A stretch of DNA of 64,000 nt from Salpingoeca rosetta (lineage: Eukaryota; Protista; Choanoflagellata), in assembly GCA_033442325.1 (NCBI GenBank), contig JAWQFM010000020.1, forward strand, positions 414,645 through 478,644. Reading direction: 5' to 3'. Below the pieces are notes generated by a model that did not search any database, was not told the DNA's origin, and saw nothing but the letters and a program-made list of their open reading frames with translations. Positions within the stretch are counted from its first letter, which is position 1. Every line of letters begins with the position of its first letter. A program made the position numbers and the translations under genes. This document shows, one piece after another, positions 1 through 43,473 of the stretch.

Positions 1-25
1 GCACGTAAACAGACGCACTACGCAC

Positions 26-26912
<26,887 letters not shown>

Positions 26913-27431
26913 CGCGCCTGCGTTTCTTTCTCGCGCTCAGGTCACGAGAGACATGCGATACAAGCTCTGTGTGTGCGTCAGTGTGTGTTGTGTGTGTATG
27001 TGTTGTGTGTGTTGTGCGTGTGTATGTGTTGTGTGTGTATGTGTTGTGCGTGTGTGTGTCAGTGTGAGTGTGTGATAGAGGCAAAGTGTGAGTGAGTGAG
27101 TGTGTGTGTGTGTGTCAGTGTGTGAGCGTGCAGTGTGGGGGTTGTAATGAGGCGTGAACCTTCGACTTGGTCATAAATAAGGGGGCAAACAACAACTTTC
27201 TCAAATGCTTATCGTGCGCGCAACGAAGCAGGCTGTTGTGAGATGCACCAACAACCAACCAGGCAGAGGCCTCTCACGCGCTCAGTCACTCTCTGTCTCG
27301 TCGATGTCACAACCCTTGTTGTGTCTGTGTTGGTGCGCACTTCGCCTCTCTCGTCGTCTTCTTCGCCCTGCGGCTGCTTCAAGACAGGCGGGAAGAAAAA
27401 TGGCAATGTTTTCGACCAATGTTCCGACAAC

Positions 27432-27510
<79 letters not shown>

Positions 27511-27730
27511 GTGTGTGTGTGTGTGTGTGTGTGTTGCACTTGTCGTTCTTGCTGCACGATGCTTGTGGGAACAAAGCATGTGATGTTGCAACAGTATTTA
27601 CTGCTGTGCCATGCTGTAGAAGCGGTGCAGACAACAAAACACACACACACATACACAAATACACCAACACCTACACGTACACGTACACACAAAGGTCGTC
27701 AAACCAAGCACGCAAACATGCAAGTCAGCT

Positions 27731-27921
27731 TCAAAGCTCGTCCTTGGAGGCGGCCTTCTTGGCAGGAGCCGACTTGCGGTTGGCATTGACGTAGTCCACG
27801 AGGTGCTGTGACGACACCAACAGTAACATCAGCAACAACATGATAAGCCATGGCATTGTCCCAAAGGAAGACGTCGCGTGCATTCTCACTGAGGACTAGG
27901 GCACGGCATTGTGCAATTGAG

Positions 27922-27969
<48 letters not shown>

Positions 27970-28121
27970 GAGTGCTTACCGTGACGTCGCGGCCGCCGTC
28001 GTACTTCTTGGGGGTGGTGCTGCCGGCAGGCACGAAGAAGATGCTGCACATAGCAAATTGTGTACAGGAGGTCACACGTTCGTACCATATCAAAGCCAAC
28101 ACACGCACACACACGCACACA

Positions 28122-28185
<64 letters not shown>

Positions 28186-28497
28186 CCCTCTCGTTTGCTC
28201 GCGTTGTGCGCACCTTGGGTAGCCGCGCACGGGGAAGGTGGAAGGAAAATCGTTCGCGGTGGCGTCAATCTTGGCAATCACCACATTGTCGTCGTCGGCA
28301 AACTCATCGCCAAGCTCAGACCACGTCGGGGCGAGCTTCTTGCAGTGGCCGCACCACTGTCATGCGTGCGCCGTGAGAGCAAGCGCGAGACACACGTGAA
28401 TGCACTTGTCTGAGTGATGCAGTCACATGTGCGTGCGCATGTTCAACTGCATGTGGCACCGTGTCACTGCAAGGGAGCTGCAAACACAGAAACAAGC

Positions 28498-28534
<37 letters not shown>

Positions 28535-29025
28535 GCGTACGGGAGCGTAGAACTCGATGAAGACATCCTTGTCCTCCACAACAACGTCATCAAAGTTCTT
28601 GCCGACGACCGTCTACAACGAAACATCAAACAGAATGCACAACCACGCGACAGGGGGTGGAGCAGCTTGTGAGCAGGGTATGCAGACGCACGGCAAGTGT
28701 CATGTGCATGTGTGTGTGTGCGCGCGTGTGTGTGTGTGTCACATGTGTGTGTGTCATGTGTGTGTGTGTGTCATGTGTGTGCGTGTGTGTGTGATGGCGA
28801 AAAAGGGGGAACGTACGCGGACGTTGTCGTCGTCCTTCTCTGGGATTGGTTCCGACTTGACGTGGGGCTCCACCTCGCCAGCAGCAAACGCCTCTGCAAA
28901 CTTCACCATCGCGTCCACGCTGCACAACACCACGAGCGCACGTGTATGTGGGGTGTATGTAGGCTTGCAGGCAAGCAACAACAGTGCAGCATCACAAGCA
29001 TCACAAGCATCAGCGAACACGCGCG

Positions 29026-29061
<36 letters not shown>

Positions 29062-29776
29062 TACACACACACGCACGCACGCACACACCTCCAGTCGTCG
29101 TCCATGCGGTACTTCTTTCCATCGGAGCCGTGGATGGCGACGCCAATGTCAGACGTGATGCCAAACTGCAGCGTGCATTCATGCAGGCAGTTGAGTCGCA
29201 GGTGTGCGTGTGTGTGTGTGTGTGCGTGTGCGTGCGTGTGTTGTGAAACAAAGGCATGTGTGGGAATGAGACACAAGGTCGATGACGAGCCAAACAAGAG
29301 GAGAAGGGATTGTCAGGGCGCATTGGCTTCGAAACACGCGGAGCCACAACACAGAAGGCATACACGGACACAGCAAACTCAGTCACCACATCACACACTC
29401 CATTGCCACAACACAGCAACAGTGCCGTGCACAGCAACAGGGCCGTGCATGAGGGTGTTTGCGTACCGCCTCAATGTCCTGTCTGAAGCCGTCCTTGTTA
29501 GCGACGGCCCATGTGAGGTCGGTGTTGGCCTTGCTCTGCGCCTTCAGCACGCGGTTGCGCACGTACTTGACGCGCGATGGGTTCAGCTGCAGAATGTACA
29601 CGCTCGATGAGTTGACGTTGTTGGTTGGTGGGTTGGTTGGTTGGTTGGTTGGTTGGTGGGTGGGTGGGTGGGAGACGAAAGCACGTGGGCTCGCGGTTCG
29701 GAGGTGATCCCCCGGCTGAGGACTATGAATGCACCAGGTGCACTTGCCCTTCGAAAGTGTACAGTTGATCACAACG

Positions 29777-29833
<57 letters not shown>

Positions 29834-29834
29834 C

Positions 29835-29887
<53 letters not shown>

Positions 29888-30200
29888 CGAGGTTGAGGTC
29901 GAAGTAGACGACAAGGAGTGGGGTCTTCTTCATGAGGAAGGGGCGGGTGTCCTCTGTCATTACCCCGACCTTGCCCAGCGCCGCGTCAGCAACAAACGCC
30001 GTGATGTCTGCAGGGCGCGGCTGGAGGCGGAAGCAGCACGGCAAAGAAAGAAACGTGATGGGTGACTGTTGACCACAAAGGTATGCACGCACACGCACAC
30101 GCGCGCGCACACACGCACACTCACTTGCACACACACAAACGCACGCACGCACACACATATGCTCACACACACACGCTCACACACACACATGCACACACGC

Positions 30201-30236
<36 letters not shown>

Positions 30237-31344
30237 CGCCGTCGTAGGTGTGGGTTGGCTCTTCAAACTTGTTCTGCAGCTTCTTCGGCTGGAACACAAC
30301 AATCTTGCTGTCAAGTCAAGCGGAAATCAGCCGCAACGGGAGATTTTGTCACAGCAACAGGCAGGTACATGATGAGACACGACAATGAAAGGAGGAGGTG
30401 GTGGGGGAGGAGGAAAGGTGATTACGTAGTAAGGTGACATGCAGGTACAAGCCCTCGTGGCAAGAGCAACGCAAGCATGCATGCGCAGGAACACAACAAG
30501 GCCACATTCATACAAGACAACGTGCGTACACCCACAGCTACAGCGATACTGCTCACTTCTCTCCGTATTTGGCGAGGGCATCTTCGTTGCGTGTGTATGC
30601 AAAGCGGAAGCTGTCACGGTTGGCATCTGCAGACTTCTGGAACGCAGACTTGAGCCGGTCGCTGTTCTTCAAAAAGGCTGAACGCGCATGCAGTTGCAGT
30701 GCAGTGGATTGTGTGTATGTGTGTGTGTGTGTGATTTTGTGCGTGTTGACGCGCGTGTACGGTTGAGAATGAGAGAGAGAGAGAGAGAGAGACGAGAAGG
30801 CAGGGTCGCATTGATTGTGTGTGTGTATGTGTGTGTGTGCGTGTGCGTGGGGGGGGAGGGGTCGTTCAGTCTCCACAGCGTTATCCGCTTATGGCATTGC
30901 TGCCCTGTTAACAAAATTGTTCGCTTGGGGTGTCTCAGGCGCGTACCAACGACGGCCGTCTCGTCTGAGGCGAGGAGGGCATCAAGCTCCTTCATGTCGC
31001 TCAGCTCTGGGAAGGAGAACACGTCAGCACAGACATGAGCGTGGTGTTGCCGTGGACAGAACTACGCAATACGGAAGTGGCAAGGGAGAGCAATGCAGCG
31101 AAGCGTGTCGTGCGACGTGGCTGGGCAGGACAAAACAGCCACATCAGCAGGGTGAAGGAGCTGAACAACGAGACGTGAACGCACCAACGGCGCTTGGGGT
31201 GGCTTGCTTCTTCATGTACTTGACAATGGCCGATGCGGTGCGCTGGTCCTCATAGGGCGCAAACTCCTCGCCGTTCCGGAACAGCTACGATGTGCGAAAT
31301 TTCGTGTGTACATGCGTGCGTGTGCGTTTGCGTAAGTGTGTGTG

Positions 31345-31409
<65 letters not shown>

Positions 31410-32472
31410 TTGTGTTTGTATGTGTATATATGTACGTGTGCGTTGCGTTTGTGTGCATTTGCGTTTGTGTGTATGTGAGTGTGTGTGTGTGTGTGAGAGT
31501 GTGTGTGTGTGTGCGTTTGGGTTTGTGTAAGTGTGCATGTGTGCGTTTGGGTTTGTGTGTGTGTGTGAGTGAGTGAGAGAGAGTGTGTGTGCATGTGTGT
31601 GCATGTTGGCGTGTGCTAAAGCGCATTTGTGTGAGCAAACCCATCCGAGGTTTGCCCTGCCAGCACGTCACCCATCAAGTGCACGCGCATACCTTGATGG
31701 TGGGGTAGCCGCGAACACCAAACTGGCTGGCCAGGGCGCTCTCCTCCGTGGCATCCACCTTGGCAAGCATGATGTCCAGGCCAGTCTTGGCCAGCTCCGT
31801 CGCAGCCTTCTCATACTCTGGCTCCTGTTCGTGCAACAACACAAAACAGCGGACAACCCGTGCGAGCGGCAGTGAGTTTGTGCATTATAAACGAACGCGG
31901 CCTGCCCTGCACAGCAAAAGCAAGGGTGAGACGAGACAGGAACACAGGCAGTGCCGACTGGCAAGGCCTTTGTTCGTTCCAACGAGCAACAGTCACGCAA
32001 ACAAATCATCATGCCCTACTTACCAAACGCTTGCAGTGACCACACCACTGTTGTTGTTGTTGTTGATGTTGAAGGAGTGCAAAGCAAAGCATGGAATGTG
32101 AGGAAGCCTGGAATGTGTGCTTTCACACTGAATCGAGCATAGTGTACACCCACACCCACCCACACACAAACTCTCTCCCTCTTTCGCTTTCTTTGAAGCC
32201 ACTGAACACTGCAACGACACACTGAAGTGGACACTGCAAAGACACACTGAAGCCACTGAACACAAACACATACAAACGCACGCACGCGCGCACACGCACG
32301 AAAGACACGAACCAACCGGGGCGTAGAACTCCACAAGGGCGAGGGGTCGCTCCTTCAAGGTGGAGGCAAAGTTGTTCGTGGTCAGCGTCACCACATCCGA
32401 GCCTTGGGCTGTGCCAGCGGCCGCAACCACCGCCACCAAAACAAGTAAGGCAGCAACGGCACTCGTCATCAT
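27731..32472 (-). CDS. PDIA3: Protein disulfide isomerase, ERp57/PDIA3-like (signal peptide, a-b-b'-a' domains, two WCGHC sites, C-terminal KDEL)
   Basis: Signal peptide [24 protein letters not shown]. Domain a: [11 protein letters not shown]...VEFYAP|WCGHCKRL|[11 protein letters not shown]...AKVDATEE...GVRGYPTIK. Domains b/b': [20 protein letters not shown] and [12 protein letters not shown]...[10 protein letters not shown] (ERp57-type YWRNRV). Domain a': [10 protein letters not shown]|[12 protein letters not shown]...[19 protein letters not shown]...PKKYDGGR. Last exon 27805..27731: [24 protein letters not shown]. Confidence 0.95.
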
Positions 32473-32739
32473 CAAAGGAAGGACACGTCAGTCAGTCTGA
32501 AAAAAATTAAAGACAACAGCACAAAATAAATGACTTTTACTGTCAATTTTGACAGCTGGACCAACTTCGCCGTCCGCGAAAATTTTGAATTTCCACCATC
32601 GCATCGCCAAAGCAAACAAGCAAACACCACACACACACAAGCAAACACCACACACACACACAAGCAAACACCACACACACACACATATCAACACCATCCA
32701 ATCACCCATCCATCACCACAAGCAAGCCAGCAAGCGACA
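32473..32739. promoter_or_regulatory. Short divergent intergenic region (probable bidirectional promoter) between the PDI and TPX2 start codons
   Basis: Only 267 bp separate the ATG at 32472 (minus) from the ATG at 32740 (plus). It has a relatively AT-rich core (~32500-32595) followed by a CA-rich leader. Confidence 0.6.
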
Positions 32740-38170
<5,431 letters not shown>

Positions 38171-38619
38171 ACGTGCTTCATCCCCTCCCCCCTCATCTCT
38201 CATTCGCCATCAACCTGGTGTGCAGTGCCGAATCACGTTGTTCTTTTGCAGTGGCGTGCGCATCGTTTGTTGCTTGGTGACACCTGCCTGCATCTTTTGT
38301 TGTGCGTGTGCGTGTGTGTGTGTGCGTGTGTGTGTGTGTGTGCGTGTGTGCGTGTGCCAGACAATTTCAGAAATGAACGATTGCTGCTTTGTCGCTTTCC
38401 TTTGTTCGCCCCTCGCTTGCCAATGCTTCCCTTGCTTCCTGTCTCATAACACATTCAAGTAATCGCCAACAACCATTGACGACAAGTATGTGTGCGTGTG
38501 CTGAGGTAGAGTGTGAACTAAACTGGTTTCACACAAACAACAGCGTTGAAGTCGTTTATTCGAGAGGCAAGAGATGAGATGAATTGTTGCATTCATTCCA
38601 AGCACGTGCATCACACACA

Positions 38620-38719
38620 NNNNNNNNNNNNNNNNNNNNNNNNNNNNNNNNNNNNNNNNNNNNNNNNNNNNNNNNNNNNNNNNNNNNNNNNNNNNNNNNN
38701 NNNNNNNNNNNNNNNNNNN
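38620..38719. other. Assembly gap (100 N), probably hiding the RMND5 RING exon(s)
   Basis: N run flanked by CA repeats. Confidence 1.
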
Positions 38720-38808
<89 letters not shown>

Positions 38809-38856
38809 TTCTTCAAGCACAAACGAGCACCGACGAGCGTCGTTGAAAGTGCTTAC

Positions 38857-39048
38857 TTTGACACCGGGCAGACAAAGACGGAGTGACACTGCTTGTCCTG
38901 GTTGACGGGAACCTGAACCGGGACGACATCGTCGTCGTACCATTTCGTCTGTCGCCCCGTTGCCTTTGCAACCGTTTCCCACTTGAGCAACACCGGCACG
39001 CCCGCACACCCCGCACTCACGCTGCACCAACAACAACAACAGCGACAA

Positions 39049-39132
<84 letters not shown>

Positions 39133-39458
39133 TGTGTGTGTGTATATGTGTGTGAAACATTAGTGAACATTGAGCACTACAACTACATCCATGGCAAGGG
39201 AACCCTTCCAACACACATTCACACAGCACTAGAAACAGTTCACGCACCATAGCGCCAAAGGACTCGTTTCCTGTACGCCCATCAATGCACACGCCGTTTG
39301 CGTAAACGCATGCGCGAGCACAGTCCTATGCAGACAGGTCGAAGAATTGCGTCGCGAACGCGAGATATGTGAGTGAGTGAGTGAGTGAGTGGGTGAGTGA
39401 GTGAGTGAGTGAGTGTGTGTGTGTGTGTGAGTGAGTGAGTGAGTGTGTGTAGGCTGTG

Positions 39459-39526
<68 letters not shown>

Positions 39527-41869
39527 ATGTGTGTGTGCATGTNNNNNNNNNNNNNNNNNNNNNNNNNNNNNNNNNNNNNNNNNNNNNNNNNNNNNNNNNN
39601 NNNNNNNNNNNNNNNNNNNNNNNNNNNNNNNNNNNNNNNNNNNNNNNNNNNNNNNNNNNNNNNNNNNNNNNNNNNNNNNNNNNNNNNNNNNNNNNNNNNN
39701 NNNNNNNNNNNNNNNNNNNNNNNNNNNNNNNNNNNNNNNNNNNNNNNNNNNNNNNNNNNNNNNNNNNNNNNNNNNNNNNNNNNNNNNNNNNNNNNNNNNN
39801 NNNNNNNNNNNNNNNNNNNNNNNNNNNNNNNNNNNNNNNNNNNNNNNNNNNNNNNNNNNNNNNNNNNNNNNNNNNNNNNNNNNNNNNNNNNNNNNNNNNN
39901 NNNNNNNNNNNNNNNNNNNNNNNNNNNNNNNNNNNNNNNNNNNNNNNNNNNNNNNNNNNNNNNNNNNNNNNNNNNNNNNNNNNNNNNNNNNNNNNNNNNN
40001 NNNNNNNNNNNNNNNNNNCGATTTCGAGTAAACAGCGAACTGCACTTGATGCACCAACACGAGGATGCAGACACACATGCACGCACAAAAGTCATACATG
40101 GGAGGTTGACTGCACCTTCGCTGTGCTCGATGTAGAGCGGGCCCATGTGTTGGTGTGCAAATGCAAGCGCCTCAGTCGTCTGCATGGCAGCAGTCAGAAC
40201 ACCGACACAAGACGGCGTGTGCATGCAGACGGATACAGGCAGGCAGACACAAAGAGAATGTGTGCGTATGAGAGAGAGAGAGAGAGAGTGTGTGTGTGTG
40301 TGTGTGTGTGTGATGAGGTGACTGCGTGTGTAGGCCGGCGCTTGCAGGGGCGTGTTCACTCCATGTGCCACACTCACCTGATTGTGTGCAATCATGTGGA
40401 CGAAGCGGTGTTTGACGTAATGCAGCATCATCTTGCTGGCGGCAGCTCCGGACAAACGGCCCATGTTCTCATGCAACCACCTGCAACACGCAATTGACAA
40501 AATATCACGGCGCATGAACACCGGACACGTAAAGCGGTTGCACAACAACAACTTAAACAACAACAACTTTAACAACAACTTAAACAACAACTTTAACAAC
40601 AACTTCAACAACTTAAGCAATTTAAAAACAACAACAGAGAAGCAGGCACACACAAACACTCACTCACTCGCTCACACACACTCTCTCTCTCGCTCTCAGA
40701 CATTGCCTTGTCTTTGTGCTCACACACCTTTCAAACGGCGCAATGTTCTGCTTGTGAAGGGCGTCGGTGATGTGATGGAAGGAGCGAAACTGATCCAGGG
40801 ATTCCGTTGAGCCAACACCCGTCTCCTACACACACACACACACGCACAGCGTGTTACAGAGATGAGGGCACTGCACCATGGTATGCCGCAGACATAGAAC
40901 AAAGCATTGTCCAATCCAACGCAAACCTCGCAAACACACCTCGTAAAATGCCTGGCTTGCATCAAAGAGGCCTTCAAGCGCAAAGTGCTCAGCAATGATC
41001 CGCTGTACGGAGTCTGTCACGTCCTGCACACGCCAATCATACGCGCGAGGTGGAGGTGATGACACGTTGTGATCGATGGCATTGCAGAGGAACAGCCTCT
41101 CAGTCACCATGGCAGCAGGTATTCTGAACAAACACATACAAACAGGTAATTGCACACAAGAAAGCAAGCCCCCCCCCCCCACACACACACAAACACACAC
41201 GCAGTCGCCACAAAAGCACGCTTCCTTGCTTGTGCTGCACCTCAAAGGCGTCTGGATTTGCCAGTGATGAGACGGTTGTTCCAGATACAAACGACTGCCA
41301 AGACGAACAACAGGCACAAAGTTGCGTCAATGGGAGATCACGGCACCATACGACGCAACAGCGGACAAGGGCGAACAAGGGCGAGTGCATGTGGCTGAGC
41401 AAGCACGGCTGCACCACGCAGCAACACCTTACCTGATCAACAAAATCCGAGTACTTGGATAGAGCCTGATATCCAACCTTGTGCTCTCGTGATACCCTTT
41501 GTACATGTGTGTGTGAGAGAGTGCGTGTGTGCGTGTGTGCGTGCGTGTGTGTGCGTATGCGTATGTCTCGCACAGGCAAGCGGCGTGGGTCACAAGTGCA
41601 AGTGAGACCAGGTCCCACACACAACACCAGCGATTTCAATCGCAAGCAACCCTCCCCCAACATACACGTTTCACCTACGTCTTGGCCGCACGCTTGGCTG
41701 CCTTGTTCGTTGACTTCAAGAGCTGCTTCGTCTTCGATGGGTTCTCTACAGACAAGGCACAAGGCACAGCCACACATCCATCAAACGAGGAAGTGAGTCC
41801 TCAATCGCACCACGCAAGCACAGAAACAGCAGCAGCAGTAGTAGCAGCAGCAGCAGCAGCAGCAGCACC

Positions 41870-41949
<80 letters not shown>

Positions 41950-42278
41950 GAGCGTGAAACGCACGTATGTCCACAGAACAAGCAAGTATGCTGCAGCCAC
42001 CCTCACAAACAGCCAACATGCATCCTTCCCCTCCCCCCAATGACCCTCAATAACAAAAAAAAAGCACATCTACACCCTCCTCCTGTCTTCTCAACGTTTT
42101 CATTGTCCCTACCTTTGACCTGCGCACGACACTTGGCAATGGCTTGCTTGAGCGTGTCCAGGCTGGTCAGAGTGGCATCCCACTTTTGGTCGTAATCCTT
42201 CCGTGCGTTCGTCAGGCCGGAGGCCATCAGCCGCAGCTTGTCTGGCGACATATTCACGCTGCTCAACGACGACGACAT
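38857..42278 (-). CDS. RMND5: RMND5/Gid2-like subunit of the CTLH/GID E3 ubiquitin ligase (LisH-CTLH-CRA-RING); incomplete because of gaps
   Basis: Exons: MSSSLSSVNMSPDKL...; RVSREHKVGYQALSKYSDFVDQ; LisH-like VQRIIAEHFALEGLFDASQAFYE; CTLH-like FRSFHHITDALHKQNIAP...WLHEN; EALAFAHQHMGP; FTQTACALMGVQETSPLAL|CVSAGCAGVPVLLK...WYDDDVVPVQVPVNQDKQCHSVFVCPVSK. These resemble RMND5 FTRDACALLGLSVESPL...ELPIEVDLG...HSIFACP. The RING remainder is not visible. Confidence 0.88.
39543..40018. other. Assembly gap (476 N) inside the RMND5 gene
   Basis: N run. Confidence 1.
41826..41949. repeat. Compound trinucleotide microsatellite (CAG)n(CAC)n(CAT)n in RMND5 intron 1
   Basis: Seen directly. No splice acceptor is apparent that would make it coding. 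Confidence 0.9.
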
Positions 42279-42864
42279 GCTCGCGGCTCCCTGTCCAGGC
42301 CGAGCGAGCGACAAACAGCGAGAGTCTGTTCGATGGAGGAGGATGGAGGAGGATGGATGTATCGTGTGCACCTTCACCCGCACTTGTCTGATTTGTTGCT
42401 TCTTTGCTTTGGCGCAAACACAAACAGTGCTGAAAAATATAGGGTGTAATTGCGAATATTCCAGCCAAAGAAACGGTTTGGAGGTTAGTGCGAACCCCGT
42501 CATGCACGACGATGGCTGTCGTCCAGCGACTGAAGCAAGGAGTGGAGCGAATGAGATGAACACACGTGCATGTGCACACGTGTGTGTGTGTGTGTGTGTG
42601 TGCACACGTGCACGTGTGGCAAAGACGTCATCAAAGCAAGTAACAGAACGCAATAAACGCAATATCACTGGCAAACATGGGGCATGTGTTGAATAGTGTC
42701 GTGTGTAACACGTACAGAACGCAGCATAACACAGGCATGGGAGGAGGCAAGTCAAGCAAAGGCCAACAAGGGAGCAAAACAACAACAGAAGTGAAGGAGA
42801 GAACAAGCGATTGTACACACAAAACAAACAGCAGCGCATCAACTCTCCTGCAGCAACAGCGCGT

Positions 42865-43398
42865 TCATGCATTGGCGGAGGCAACGCGGCTGTGGTCCTG
42901 GGACGCCGCCGTGGAGCGCATCTTCGTCACCGCGTCCGACCACCGCTTCTTCTGCGGGAAGTGCTTCAGCAGCTCCTCAACAACAGGCACGTGCCGGTCG
43001 TGCACGCAGATGGCAGCCGTGCTCGGTCGCCGCTGCAGCCACCGATGCCGCAATATCTGCTTGGGCGTCAGCCTGCTCTGCGGGTCCACGCGCAAAAGGT
43101 TTCGGATGAGCGCCTTGGCCTCTGCAGACACGTCGCTCCAGTAAGGGTCGGGGAAGCTGAAGGCACCGCGCCGGATGCGATCAAACAACTCTTTTTGGTT
43201 CTTCGTGGCCGACGCAAACGGCGGGAACCCGCACAGCATAATGTACATGATCACGCCAATCGCCCACGTGTCCACCTCAAGCCCATACCTACACGTTACA
43301 GGTGTTGTTGGTGATGGCGGCGGTGAGACAATGATGGTGTGCTTTGTGTGAGTGAGAGAGGGAGGGAGGGAGAACGTACGTGCGCGAGAGAAAGGGTG

Positions 43399-43473
<75 letters not shown>

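Noticed and set aside
39229-40659. Long ORFs spanning N runs
   Set aside because: They are open only because Ns contain no stop codons.
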